DNA from: a virus
Lineage: Duplodnaviria; Heunggongvirae; Uroviricota; Caudoviricetes
Length of the DNA: 64,000 bases
Direction: 5' to 3' (one strand)
Virus record (IMG/VR): IMGVR_UViG_3300028840_008157
Below the pieces are notes generated by a model. It saw only the letters and a list, made by a program, of their open reading frames with translations. It made no database searches and had not been told where the DNA came from. Below are positions 16,588-26,114 of the stretch, one piece after another; the first letter of the stretch is position 1; every line of letters starts with the position of its first letter. A program made the position numbers and the translations under genes.

Positions 16588-19061
16588 TTGAAGGTATGGA
16601 CTTGGAACTTGTATCTCGACGGGTTAGGGGCGCCCGGGAAGAACCGCTTGTATGTTGGGGAAGTGGCCAGGATTTTGGGATGGAACTCGGCGACGAGCTC
16701 GGCCTTGATGCGCTCGACGAGATCGTCCGGGTACATGTCGACGGCGCCGAAGGAGACGTTGACCTTTCGTAATCCGTCGTTGACCTCGCATCTCCCGCTC
16801 GGGGCGTACTTGACCCCCCGGTAAACGTCCTCGTCCTTCTCCGTCCCGTGCCACTCGTCGAACTTGTCCCAATCTGCGTGGCCTAACCCAACGACCCCCT
16901 CTTCCGTCTTATTCCATGCCTTATCTACGATTATCTTCTCGCTGGCTGGATCGAACATCCAGATCATGGAATGGAGCTTCTCGGAATCAACGTCGTGTCC
17001 TATTTCCATGTAGTTCCTGAACGCGACGCGCTCGAGGAAACCATGGGTCGCCGCGAACGGGTACTCGGGCGTCCTCTCCATGCCCGCGGACAAGTCCGGG
17101 TTGATGGCGAAGGAGTAGCCCGAAGGGTCGGGAGCCCTGGGGAACAGGCGCTTGTAGGTTCGGGATTCGGCGAGGGCTTGGGGGTGGAACTCGGCGGTCA
17201 GCTCGGCCTTGACGTTCTCGACCGTTTCGTCGGAATGGTAGAAGCTCGGGGAGGCGAACGAGACGCGGACGGTCCCCGCCGCGTCGTCCACCTCGCAACG
17301 ACCGAAGGGGGTTTCCTCTCCGCCGGCCCGCTGGAACGCCGGCAACTCCTCGTGGATCATCTGGGGGGTGGCCTTCAGGACGACCAAGCGGCCGTCCGCG
17401 TCGAAGAACCACATCATGTTGTGAAGGGTTCTCGTGTTCGGTTCGTGCCCGATGGCCATGTAGAAGCCACGACGCTCGATCGGGGTCCTTGAGGACGCCA
17501 TGTTGAACAGGGTTTGGAAACGATAACCAGTGGGGTCAGGGGCGTTGGGGAAGAGCTTCCGGTATTCCCTGGACGTGGACAGGACGTCCGGATGGAACTC
17601 GGCGACCATCTCGGCCCTGGCGCGTTCCACGACGTCGTGCGGGTAGTCGTCGGGGTCGGCCAGCGAGACCACGACGCTCTTCTCGACGTCGTCGACCTCG
17701 CAGCGTCCGTAGGGGGAGCGCCTGGGGGCTTCCTTCCATTCTTTCCATTCTCCGTGATGGAGCGTTCTGCCTCCGACATCGACGTGAACCTCTCCGGTAT
17801 CCGGATCGAAAACCCAGAGCATGGAGTGGAGGGTGTCGGTATTGGGCTCGTGCCCCACGTCCATGTAGGTTTTGTCCCACGCCACGCGGACGATCACCGG
17901 GACGCGCTTGGCCCATCGCCTCTCCAGCTCGGGATGCCTGAGCTCGTTGATCTCGTCGAGGAGATCCTTGTCCAGGCCGAGCCGCTCGACGACCAACCCA
18001 TGGACGTGGACCAGGTTCAGCGCGAGGGAGATGGAGCGCATGGCCTCCTGCATGTCATCGACGGAGGGCTTTTTCTTCGACATGTATCGCCCGGCGTCGT
18101 CGAGTTTTTGGAGGGCTTGCTTCGCCGCCTCGAGGAGCGGTCCGTGGTGAAAGCTGACCGGTTCTTTTCTCCCGAATTGGTTCTCCCTTTCGTGGTGCCC
18201 GATCCACGCCTGGATGGCGGATCGAAGGTCGGAAATGAGGGTCGGGGCCACGTGGTAGAAGGAGGCCTTCGCGTTCTCGAACTTGGTTTCGGCCTCGTCG
18301 GATTGGACGCGACCAAGCCATCTTTGTCGCTCGAATAAGTCGAGCGTGAGATCGGCCCTGTGCAGTTCGATCAGGTCCTTTCGTAGCTTCTCCCTTCGTT
18401 CCGGCATCGCGGACCTGGCGACGTCGACGAATCGCTTCACTATCGCGACGACCTGCTCGGTGGTCGGGGTTTGCAGTTTCACCGGTCCCAGCCGATCCTC
18501 GGGGAAGGACATGTGTACGTTCCCGATGTCGCTTCCTATGTAACCGCCGATCTCGACGGCGGCGCCGTCCGGGTCGCGTTGCCGAAGGGCGACTACCCTC
18601 ACGGTGTAAGGCGGGTCGGACTCGCTTACGTACCAAATTGCCTCCTGGTCCCACGCGGCCTTTTCGTCCGCATGAAACTCATCCTGGAAGGCTTCTTCGA
18701 GGGCTTCATGGATGGGAAGCTCGAACTTCCTCCACGCGTGGTGGGAGAGGACTTCCTTGGCGACGAAGGCCGGGTCGTACGGGGTGTCATCGGGTCCGGA
18801 ATCGTTGTCTAGGTCCAGCTCGATGTCGCCGGCGGGCTTCCTGATGACGAAGTATCCGTTGAAGGTAGACGGCAACGCTTCCGTCGTCCCGATGATGGTC
18901 GTTCCTTCGTCCTGGCCCAACCAGCCGAGCTCGTCGGCAGACGAGGCGGCCCACTTCATGCCGGTCAGGCTTTCCAGCTCCAACGCGAAGGCCTGGTCGT
19001 CCTTGGATGCCTTCCACGCGACCCTGATGCCGCGAGTTATTTTGACGATGACGTGGCTCAT
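16584..19061 (-). CDS. 825-aa multidomain protein with three tandem GH / GRCEV[DN]D domains (putative polyprotein)
   Basis: Three internal paralogous domains, each similar to 11988-12410. Confidence 0.85.
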   Translation of the reverse strand: MSHVIVKITRGIRVAWKASKDDQAFALELESLTGMKWAASSADELGWLGQDEGTTIIGTTEALPSTFNGYFVIRKPAGDIELDLDNDSGPDDTPYDPAFVAKEVLSHHAWRKFELPIHEALEEAFQDEFHADEKAAWDQEAIWYVSESDPPYTVRVVALRQRDPDGAAVEIGGYIGSDIGNVHMSFPEDRLGPVKLQTPTTEQVVAIVKRFVDVARSAMPERREKLRKDLIELHRADLTLDLFERQRWLGRVQSDEAETKFENAKASFYHVAPTLISDLRSAIQAWIGHHERENQFGRKEPVSFHHGPLLEAAKQALQKLDDAGRYMSKKKPSVDDMQEAMRSISLALNLVHVHGLVVERLGLDKDLLDEINELRHPELERRWAKRVPVIVRVAWDKTYMDVGHEPNTDTLHSMLWVFDPDTGEVHVDVGGRTLHHGEWKEWKEAPRRSPYGRCEVDDVEKSVVVSLADPDDYPHDVVERARAEMVAEFHPDVLSTSREYRKLFPNAPDPTGYRFQTLFNMASSRTPIERRGFYMAIGHEPNTRTLHNMMWFFDADGRLVVLKATPQMIHEELPAFQRAGGEETPFGRCEVDDAAGTVRVSFASPSFYHSDETVENVKAELTAEFHPQALAESRTYKRLFPRAPDPSGYSFAINPDLSAGMERTPEYPFAATHGFLERVAFRNYMEIGHDVDSEKLHSMIWMFDPASEKIIVDKAWNKTEEGVVGLGHADWDKFDEWHGTEKDEDVYRGVKYAPSGRCEVNDGLRKVNVSFGAVDMYPDDLVERIKAELVAEFHPKILATSPTYKRFFPGAPNPSRYKFQVHTFN

Positions 19062-19066
19062 GCCGT

Positions 19067-19504
19067 TTAATACCAGTCCGGACCCGTGGATGGCGATCCG
19101 CGGAGTACCTGCTCGACCTCCACCTGGACGATGGCGCTGTACCCCATGCCGTGGGGACCGGGCGTGAGCTTCAGGACCTTGACGTCGGTGAGCTCGGGTC
19201 CGTCCGTGATCGATTCGTCGACTTCCAGCTCCGGGGTATGGGCGGCGTCCTCCATCTTCCGCATGAACTCGTCGTTCTCGAGGAAGATCTCGGGGACGTC
19301 CTTGAGCTCGTCGATCTCCTCGACGACGTAGGCGTCGCTGGTGACCCGGAAGGTGGCCGTGACGTAAAGGCGCTGGGACGCCCTGGAATAATCCTCCTCG
19401 TCTCCTCTCATGGCGTAATCGAGAGAATCGGCCTCGTCCTGGAAGGATAGGAGGACGGAGTCCATATCGGCGGTCCTGGTCATCTTCCTGTTGTACCAGT
19501 CCAT
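19067..19504 (-). CDS. acidic hypothetical protein with MDWYNRKMTRTA leader
   Basis: AGGAGG SD. Confidence 0.75.
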   Translation of the reverse strand: MDWYNRKMTRTADMDSVLLSFQDEADSLDYAMRGDEEDYSRASQRLYVTATFRVTSDAYVVEEIDELKDVPEIFLENDEFMRKMEDAAHTPELEVDESITDGPELTDVKVLKLTPGPHGMGYSAIVQVEVEQVLRGSPSTGPDWY

Positions 19505-19512
19505 CGTTCCTC

Positions 19513-19974
19513 CTAGGCCATGAAGCCCGGCTTGTCCTTCCCGGTGAGCCTCTTGTACTCCTCGAGGAGCGGCTTGGCGCGCGGGTCGTTTGGGTTGCCT
19601 ATGCCGTAGAGCTGTGACTTGATTTCCTCGAGACGTTTGGACGCGTCGACGGGTGGCCCGGGCTCGGGATGGGGTTCTTTCTTCTTTGTGGCCCACTTGC
19701 GGGCCAATTCGCCGAGATCGCCAGGGTACCCGGAATCCTCGATGCCCTCTGGGCTTATGACGAGCCATTCGAACGGGTATTCCCCGCTGGGGTCGTCGTC
19801 GGCGCTTATGACGATGTCGGTACCTGGGACGTGATAGGTATCCGGCTCGAACTCTTCATCTTCGGGGAGGTCTTCGTCGATGACGCCCGCGTCAAGGAGC
19901 GGCTGCGCCTCTTCCTCGACCATCTCTTCCCGGTCCGCGCCCCAATGCCGCCACGCCCTTCGATACCAATGCAT
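19513..19974 (-). CDS. acidic hypothetical protein with MHWYRRA leader
   Basis: AAGGAGG SD. Confidence 0.75.
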   Translation of the reverse strand: MHWYRRAWRHWGADREEMVEEEAQPLLDAGVIDEDLPEDEEFEPDTYHVPGTDIVISADDDPSGEYPFEWLVISPEGIEDSGYPGDLGELARKWATKKKEPHPEPGPPVDASKRLEEIKSQLYGIGNPNDPRAKPLLEEYKRLTGKDKPGFMA

Positions 19975-20037
19975 GGAACGACCCTCCTTCTAGGGCCGTT
20001 TTCGTACCGAATCCTTGATTTTCCTTGGGGAGCTGCC

Positions 20038-20286
20038 TTATGGATCGGGGGTAGCCCAGCGATACGCGCGAGGACGGTAGGATTCCCACGCGTCCTCCCA
20101 CGCTTGTCCTCGGATGGCGATGTCCCTGCCGTGGGCGTCGTCTAATGCGCCGAAGAGCGTCCTTCGCACCAGAAGGGAGACGTCCGTGGTGGCCGCGATC
20201 TCGACGATCGAGGTGCCTACCATGACGCGGGTTATGAAGGATCCCGTCAGGTCGAAGTAGGAGTAGAACTCGATGGGCGTCCGCAT
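20038..20286 (-). CDS. hypothetical protein
   Basis: MRTPIEFYS start. Confidence 0.45.
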   Translation of the reverse strand: MRTPIEFYSYFDLTGSFITRVMVGTSIVEIAATTDVSLLVRRTLFGALDDAHGRDIAIRGQAWEDAWESYRPRAYRWATPDP

Positions 20287-20290
20287 TTGG

Positions 20291-20518
20291 TTACCCCAGC
20301 GACGTCCCGTCAACGGCTTGCCGGTACGCCCTGTCCCGATCCTCTGGCGGCAGGTCGTAGAAGTCGGATACCCCTCCGCGCTCGCAGGCGACGTCCATGG
20401 CCGCCGCCCTTTCCTCTGCCGGAAGGTCCCAGAACCCGTAGTTGACGGCGTTGTTGGACCGACAGCCGGACCTATGCAACCCATCGATCATCCCGCATTC
20501 CTCGCACGGCATCGTCAT
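20291..20518 (-). CDS. small Cys/His protein with a duplicated F.DLP.E.R..A motif
   Basis: CEECG...H..GC; FWDLPAEERAAA and FYDLPPEDRDRA. Confidence 0.55.
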   Translation of the reverse strand: MTMPCEECGMIDGLHRSGCRSNNAVNYGFWDLPAEERAAAMDVACERGGVSDFYDLPPEDRDRAYRQAVDGTSLG

Positions 20519-20805
20519 TTCCCTTTCCTCATCCTCTTCCTGGCCTCGTTCCTGTGCTTCTTGCGCGCCTTCTTGTTGTTGCCCGCGAATCGCATGCGCG
20601 CCACGGGATCGAATTCCCGCTCGACGACGCGGAACCCGACGTTTGAGAGGCGCGCGACGAGGGTGAGTTCCCTGCCCGGGAAGACGCAATGAACGACCCA
20701 TGCCCTGTCCCCGTCGGTGGTTACGCCGATGACGCCCTGGACGTTCTTGAGGTCCTTGCGCTGCCGTTGGGTCGGGAACGGCGTGATTTCCATCAGTCGT
20801 CTCAT
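20515..20805 (-). CDS. hypothetical basic protein
   Basis: GGAGG SD; ATGA-coupled. Confidence 0.55.
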   Translation of the reverse strand: MRRLMEITPFPTQRQRKDLKNVQGVIGVTTDGDRAWVVHCVFPGRELTLVARLSNVGFRVVEREFDPVARMRFAGNNKKARKKHRNEARKRMRKGK

Positions 20806-21038
20806 GCGCCCCTCCCGTCGACGATCATTTCCACGAACCTCCGGTTCATGATGTCACGCATGGAGGGTATCGCCCGCCCCACGCGGTTCTCGCCCCATCT
20901 CCTGGAGACGTTACTCCGGTACCTGAATAGTGGTTTTGGTAATGACGACATGGGGGACTGAACCTCGAACGTTTCGGAGCCACTTTCGCTCACGATGGAC
21001 TCCAGCTCGAATCGAACGCCGATCAACCTTCTAGGCAT
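20802..21038 (-). CDS. hypothetical protein
   Basis: Coupled chain. Confidence 0.5.
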   Translation of the reverse strand: MPRRLIGVRFELESIVSESGSETFEVQSPMSSLPKPLFRYRSNVSRRWGENRVGRAIPSMRDIMNRRFVEMIVDGRGA

Positions 21039-21543
21039 GACGCCTTCTTTCGAACATGTATGTCAGCCAGCGAGGGCAGGCGGGTTTCCCGTATACGTAT
21101 TCCTCATGGTCTTTCAGGGAGAACTCGCAGGCTCTTCGGAGGCCGGGATCGTGTTTCCCGTCCCTTAGCAGGGAGATGATCATCGTGACCTGTTCGCGCC
21201 TGCGCTCGTATTCCACTTCCGCCGCTTCCTCCTGTCGTTCCTGGAACTCCGCCAGGTATTCCCGGTATCGTTCCTGAACCTCGAGATACTTCCATTGGCC
21301 GAGGACGAGATAGAGCCTCCATCGGCGGAACGCCTCCTTGACGAGCCCCGCGAGCGCCCCGATCGAGAAGACGGTTAGCTCGCCGATCTCGTAGGCGACG
21401 TACATGCTTATGATGGCCATCATGTTCTTGGACGCCGCTCCTATCGCGACGAACGAAAAGAACATGACTACGCCTGTCCTCCGGCGGCCTTCCTTGGCCT
21501 TGTCGGCGTCGTGTTTCAACCTGGAGACGTACTCTCCGATCAT
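21031..21543 (-). CDS. membrane protein with coiled-coil tail
   Basis: Hydrophobic segments followed by an E/R-rich helix. Confidence 0.55.
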   Translation of the reverse strand: MIGEYVSRLKHDADKAKEGRRRTGVVMFFSFVAIGAASKNMMAIISMYVAYEIGELTVFSIGALAGLVKEAFRRWRLYLVLGQWKYLEVQERYREYLAEFQERQEEAAEVEYERRREQVTMIISLLRDGKHDPGLRRACEFSLKDHEEYVYGKPACPRWLTYMFERRRHA

Positions 21544-21559
21544 GGCCTTAGCCCTTCCA

Positions 21560-21985
21560 TCAGCGAGCGTCAAGCAGTTCCCGCGCCCTCTTGCATATGT
21601 GACATCGACATCTCGACTTGACGCCCGCATTGCCGCTGACGTCGTCGTCGTGCCCGTCGACGTACATCTGGAGGAGCTCCTTCAGCTTCTCGACGTCCTG
21701 GCCTCGCTTTCCGATGGAGATGATCCCCTTCAGGTCGAGTCCTGTGACGACGGAGACGGGGGTTGGCTCGATGGACTTGCCAGCCCTGGCCAGGACGGAT
21801 TCGATGGTCGTGAACCACGATCGTCCTATGCGCCACGCCAGGATGTCGCCTCGCCTGGCGATCCTGAGGAGGTCGCTCTCCTTCCACCCGGTACGCGTGG
21901 CGGCGTCCTTCAACGGGACGAAGGCGCTCCCCAGGGCCGGTTTCGTCTTTGGCTTCGATCTCTTTCTTTTCTTTCTGGTTTTCAT
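21560..21985 (-). CDS. excisionase-like helix-turn-helix protein
   Basis: VPLKDAATRTGWKESDLLRIARRGDILAWRIGRSWFT (HTH_17-like); C-terminal CRCHIC. Confidence 0.7.
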   Translation of the reverse strand: MKTRKKRKRSKPKTKPALGSAFVPLKDAATRTGWKESDLLRIARRGDILAWRIGRSWFTTIESVLARAGKSIEPTPVSVVTGLDLKGIISIGKRGQDVEKLKELLQMYVDGHDDDVSGNAGVKSRCRCHICKRARELLDAR

Positions 21986-22027
21986 GTCATGTCCTCGGTG
22001 GGTATTAAACCATTATTACACGACGTG

Positions 22028-22210
22028 TCAACCATGCCCAACGTGCCATTTCTTGCAGAACGGGCATCGGTACGCGGAGACGTTGACGTCCTCGTCCAGT
22101 CGCTTGAGCGACCTGACGTGGGCCATGGCCGCCCCCTCGCTCTTGTGCCTGTGTTTCCCACGGCATCGCTTGCGGTGCTCGAGTCGCTTGAGCTGCGTCT
22201 TGACGGACAT
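22028..22210 (-). CDS. small Zn-binding phage protein
   Basis: CRGKHRH...AYRCPFCKKWHVG; GAGG SD. Confidence 0.75.
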   Translation of the reverse strand: MSVKTQLKRLEHRKRCRGKHRHKSEGAAMAHVRSLKRLDEDVNVSAYRCPFCKKWHVGHG

Positions 22211-22211
22211 G

Positions 22212-22580
22212 TCATTCTTCCTCGGGGCGTTTATACGTCGACAACGCCCCTTCCGGGAGGGGTTCCATTGGCATTAGCTTCCTGGCGATGTCCATCGAGG
22301 AAGGGCGCCTCATCATCATCTTGATCAGGAGGATCGCGGCGAACAGGCTCGTAGTCGGGTGCTCGACTTGATACCACCGGTCTTCCTCGTTTCTGGTTAT
22401 GCGCTTGAGTCCTTCGCTGGCGGTCTCGGCGATGGACCACACGATCCTCGGGGAAGAACCCGAAGGGGCGAGGGAAGTCGCGTTTACGTTGATCGCGATT
22501 CTCCAAATCAACTCCCTCGAGACGCGATCATGAAGTGTTCTCATGACTATCGCCGCCAGGGGCATTTCGGTTGGTTTCAT
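22212..22580 (-). CDS. hypothetical protein
   Basis: MKPTEMPL start; ends IARKLMPMEPLPEGALSTY. Confidence 0.55.
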   Translation of the reverse strand: MKPTEMPLAAIVMRTLHDRVSRELIWRIAINVNATSLAPSGSSPRIVWSIAETASEGLKRITRNEEDRWYQVEHPTTSLFAAILLIKMMMRRPSSMDIARKLMPMEPLPEGALSTYKRPEEE

Positions 22581-22930
22581 GACGCCGTCCCCTCCCCCTT
22601 CAGCCATTTGGCGATGATTTCCGGGTCCTCTCGCTCCTCGACGTAGGAGTTTTTGCCGACCGGGAAGACGTGGCATCCCGAGTTTCGCGAGACGACGACG
22701 TGGAACGCCCCGTCGTCCGTCGCGCAGAAGAGGGTGAATGCGTTCATGAAGAGGCAACATCCACCGTCCGAGTTGATGACGCGCACGGCTGAACGTCGCC
22801 TGTCGACGTAGTCCTCGGGCTGCCCATCGACCTTCTCCTTTGCCCACTCGGGGAGGTTCTTGAACCCGACGAACTCCTTCTCGAACTTCTCGAAACTCTT
22901 CACGGTGGCTTTCTTACGTTTCGCGGGCAT
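22577..22930 (-). CDS. hypothetical protein
   Basis: GGAGG SD; TTGACG-16-TATCAT promoter at 22950-22977. Confidence 0.65.
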   Translation of the reverse strand: MPAKRKKATVKSFEKFEKEFVGFKNLPEWAKEKVDGQPEDYVDRRRSAVRVINSDGGCCLFMNAFTLFCATDDGAFHVVVSRNSGCHVFPVGKNSYVEEREDPEIIAKWLKGEGTAS

Positions 22931-23037
22931 TTTCTTTCCCTCCGATGGGATGATACCTCGGTGGCTCGCGTCGTCAAGGAGGAAGCCAGCGGGGCGCTGT
23001 CGTATTCAACGACTAGCGGGATTACCGGAGGAATGTC

Positions 23038-23343
23038 ATGAAAATCCAGAAGATGGCCGCGACGTCCGGGTACCTGGACGGACTCATGAAAGTTTTGGCC
23101 AAGAAGGAGGAGGACTGGCCTGCGTCCGAGGACCTCAAGGAAGGGACGTTCGACGCGTGGTGCAAGAGGAATGGCTTCGGCGACGGCGCGTCCGCGAGCT
23201 GCGCCGACAAGGCGCTGGACAGCGACTCCGAGTCGGTCCGGGGGAAGGCCATGTTCTACCTGAACACGGTCAAGCCGGAGGGACACGAGGGCGTCCTGAA
23301 GAAGCATCGCGAGAAGACCGAGAAGGAAGAGAAAAAGGACTGA
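23038..23343 (+). CDS. hypothetical protein
   Basis: GGAGG SD; GTFDAWCKRNGF...CADKAL...KAMFYLN. Confidence 0.7.
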   Translation: MKIQKMAATSGYLDGLMKVLAKKEEDWPASEDLKEGTFDAWCKRNGFGDGASASCADKALDSDSESVRGKAMFYLNTVKPEGHEGVLKKHREKTEKEEKKD

Positions 23344-23348
23344 CGCGC

Positions 23349-24830
23349 GTGGACGCAGATTCCCGTCTGAAAGAAATCTGGAACCGGATCAAGTCCCTCT
23401 GCGAGGACGCGGAGAAGAAGCCGGCCCTCGGGAGGTGCGCCGACGTGCCTGGTTATTCCGAGCTCGTGGACGAGTACAACGAGCTGGCTGAGGAGCACGG
23501 GAAGACGCCGCTGGGATGGGCGTCACCGCGGGGCGGCTGGGCGACCGCGGCGTGGATCGAGGACAACTTCAGGTTCGCCTCGAGGCCGGTCAAGGTTCCC
23601 GAGGAAGCCAAGCGCGACGTGTCCAAGCTCGTCAACACGCTCCTGGTGATATTGCCGAAGGCGGTCGAGCAAAAAAAGATCACGCCCGACGGCGCCACCC
23701 CGTTCGGAGAGATATACTTCGCGGACCCGTACGCGAAGCCGGGGGAGCCCCCCAACCTGCTCGTCAACATCATCCTGGCAAGGATTCCCAGCCTCGCGGC
23801 CATCGGCGAGGCGATCGTCACGACGCCGTGGCGGAAGAACGTCGATGAAACCCGCGAATGGGACATGTACGTCAGCACGGAGCGCCTTTTCGGCTTCCTC
23901 GAGAGAATCTTCAGGGAGTACGCGTTGCTCTCCATGCAGGGGGTCCGCGAAGCCCAGATCATGAAACACCTCGACGGCCGAAAGAACTCGTTCGCCACCG
24001 AGCTTTACGACAGCATGATCCACGAGGTGACGCACGCCGTGGACCGCGGCAGGGAAGAACCGAAGAACCCGAGGACGATCCCCCAGGCGAACCCGCTCCT
24101 GGCAATCCTCTTCGAGTTGGCCAAGGATTCCGTTGGAAAGGAAGACTCCCTCGAAAGGACGAGGGGGCAAGTGGCCGTCAAGCTCATGGATTTGGGCATG
24201 CCGCCCGAATCGATCGTCCAAAAACTCGTTCCAAGGGACGAGGCCGCCAGGTTGTTGCTTCGGCACAAGGAGGACGTGAAGAAGGAGGCCGTGGCGTATC
24301 ACCAAACGCGCTCGGAGTTCAACGCGTTCACCGGGATGCTGACGGAGGCGATCCGCTCGTGGCTCGCGAACGTCGCGGAGGAAAACGAGGCTGCGTTGGA
24401 GGGCGCCCTGGAGAGCGTAAGGGTTTGGTTGCGGTTGCCCGAGAAGGAGTCCTTGTCCATGGAGGGTATCCCGGATAACGCGTTCGGGGGATTCATACAC
24501 GAGGCGGCCCCATGGATGGAGCTCCTGAAACCCGACCAGAAGAGGCGCCTTCGGAAGAGGATATGGTCCGTCCTGGAGTCGTACAAGGAAGGATTGCCGG
24601 AGTTCAGCCCGTATCGCGGGACGTCCTACGGGGAGGGATGGAAGAAAATACTCGAATCACAACCAAAAGCGCCCGAACTGGAAGACGTCCACGAACAATG
24701 GCTAGACAAGGCGTACGGGCCTAGCCCAGAGAAGCCCATGGTCACTCCATGGCCCGAGCCGGAGGAGGAGCCACTCGTGGCCTGGGTGTCAGGTAACTGT
24801 CGGTTCTCCTCTAAGCCGAGCTTGGACTAG
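23349..24830 (+). CDS. protein with HExxH zincin-like motif (putative metallopeptidase domain)
   Basis: GTG start after AAGGA; MIHEVTHAVD with downstream EFNAF. Confidence 0.65.
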   Translation: MDADSRLKEIWNRIKSLCEDAEKKPALGRCADVPGYSELVDEYNELAEEHGKTPLGWASPRGGWATAAWIEDNFRFASRPVKVPEEAKRDVSKLVNTLLVILPKAVEQKKITPDGATPFGEIYFADPYAKPGEPPNLLVNIILARIPSLAAIGEAIVTTPWRKNVDETREWDMYVSTERLFGFLERIFREYALLSMQGVREAQIMKHLDGRKNSFATELYDSMIHEVTHAVDRGREEPKNPRTIPQANPLLAILFELAKDSVGKEDSLERTRGQVAVKLMDLGMPPESIVQKLVPRDEAARLLLRHKEDVKKEAVAYHQTRSEFNAFTGMLTEAIRSWLANVAEENEAALEGALESVRVWLRLPEKESLSMEGIPDNAFGGFIHEAAPWMELLKPDQKRRLRKRIWSVLESYKEGLPEFSPYRGTSYGEGWKKILESQPKAPELEDVHEQWLDKAYGPSPEKPMVTPWPEPEEEPLVAWVSGNCRFSSKPSLD

Positions 24831-25078
24831 AAGCGAGTCTTGACGGCCTTCCGTTTTATCTTTCGTTCAAGCCATTGATGCATGAAGTTGCCGATCACGG
24901 CGGCGTCATTTTCCCGGCTCAGAAGGTCTACGACGCATGGCGAAAGGATTCGGACGTCGAAGGGCTTGTAGTTCTTCGAGTTCTTGCGGAACGTCCAGAT
25001 GGACAGCTCCATGTAGTCGGGGTGGTTGTATTGATTGTAGCGATAAGCATGTATGCGAACCTCGAACTGCCTCCTCAT
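24827..25078 (-). CDS. hypothetical protein
   Basis: GAGG SD; ATGA overlap. Confidence 0.55.
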   Translation of the reverse strand: MRRQFEVRIHAYRYNQYNHPDYMELSIWTFRKNSKNYKPFDVRILSPCVVDLLSRENDAAVIGNFMHQWLERKIKRKAVKTRF

Positions 25079-25590
25079 GATGGATCCTCGGGCTGGATGT
25101 TTGTGACATTGACCGACCCATCCTCATGCTGGACGGTTCCCGACTCGCCAGAGTCGATCTGGTCGAATATCTTCTTCCCGGCCTCCATCGCCCGTTTCGT
25201 ATGCTCCGTTTCCTTGCCTTTCCCAAGGTCGTCGATTACCTTCCTGTAGGCGTCCCATCGATCCGAGGTATCGGTCACCTCCGCGATCTTCTTGGCCGCT
25301 TCGGACATGTCGTCCGGAACCTTGAACTCGAACTTCCAGTAGGTCGAGTCTCCTTCGGCCTCGTGATTAGCGACGTAGTTGTCCCAAGAGGCGACGTCCT
25401 CTAGGACGTCGTCGTTCCCGTTATCGGAGTAGTTGCGATGCAGGATCATGACGGAGGACGCGTCCGGCGTTACCCAGCAATCTCGGAACCTCCCGAGCCT
25501 GTTGAACTTATCCTCGTCTACGCCTATGAGGGCGAGGACGTAGGGACTAGCTGGGTTGACGCTCATGATCATGTTGTAGAGGCCGCTCAT
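25075..25590 (-). CDS. hypothetical phage protein
   Basis: GGAGGAG SD; MSGLYNMIMSVNP..GRFRDCW; TTGACA-16-TATCCT promoter upstream. Confidence 0.75.
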   Translation of the reverse strand: MSGLYNMIMSVNPASPYVLALIGVDEDKFNRLGRFRDCWVTPDASSVMILHRNYSDNGNDDVLEDVASWDNYVANHEAEGDSTYWKFEFKVPDDMSEAAKKIAEVTDTSDRWDAYRKVIDDLGKGKETEHTKRAMEAGKKIFDQIDSGESGTVQHEDGSVNVTNIQPEDPS

Positions 25591-25703
25591 GTCTCTCCTC
25601 CATGATTGAAGGATAACCGCGAATCAACTCGTGTCAAGGCCGCATGTCGGAGGTTTTTGTGTAAGGCCGGAAGAAGACGACAGTGGTAGAGGAGGGACAC
25701 GCG

Positions 25704-26114
25704 ATGCGCGTCGCAGCGGTCGTAACGATCCTGTCGTTGGCCCTCCCGGCCATGGCGATGGACGAGAGCCTGGTCGCATGGTCGGAGATGAAGGGCGAGG
25801 TCGCCAAGGCGGCGACCGAGTATCTCGAGGCGTTCTCCACGGTCAGGGAGCGCGAGAAGTGGAAGGCTCGGATCAAGGAGAGGACGAAGGAGCGCCCGCT
25901 CCAGGACATCGCCCTTGACTGGTTCTTCGACAACCGAGGCGACATCGAGGACAAGAACCCGAAGGCCGTCAAGACGGGTTGCATGTTCATGCTGTTGTTC
26001 GTCGAGACGGGGACGCCGCCGCCGGTCCGGGTCAGGGAGCGGATCACCAGGGAGAACCTGGAGGAGCTCGCGAACTATCTACGTTCGGAGGTCGCCAACT
26101 TAAAAAAGCAGTAG
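25704..26114 (+). CDS. secreted hypothetical protein (Sec signal peptide)
   Basis: MRVAAVVTILSLALPAMA; GGAGG SD. Confidence 0.7.
   Translation: MRVAAVVTILSLALPAMAMDESLVAWSEMKGEVAKAATEYLEAFSTVREREKWKARIKERTKERPLQDIALDWFFDNRGDIEDKNPKAVKTGCMFMLLFVETGTPPPVRVRERITRENLEELANYLRSEVANLKKQ

Noticed and set aside
22860-23348. N-terminal extension of the 656-aa ORF
   Set aside because: It overlaps the better-supported 23038-23343 gene and an opposite-strand promoter. GTG 23349 is the likelier start.
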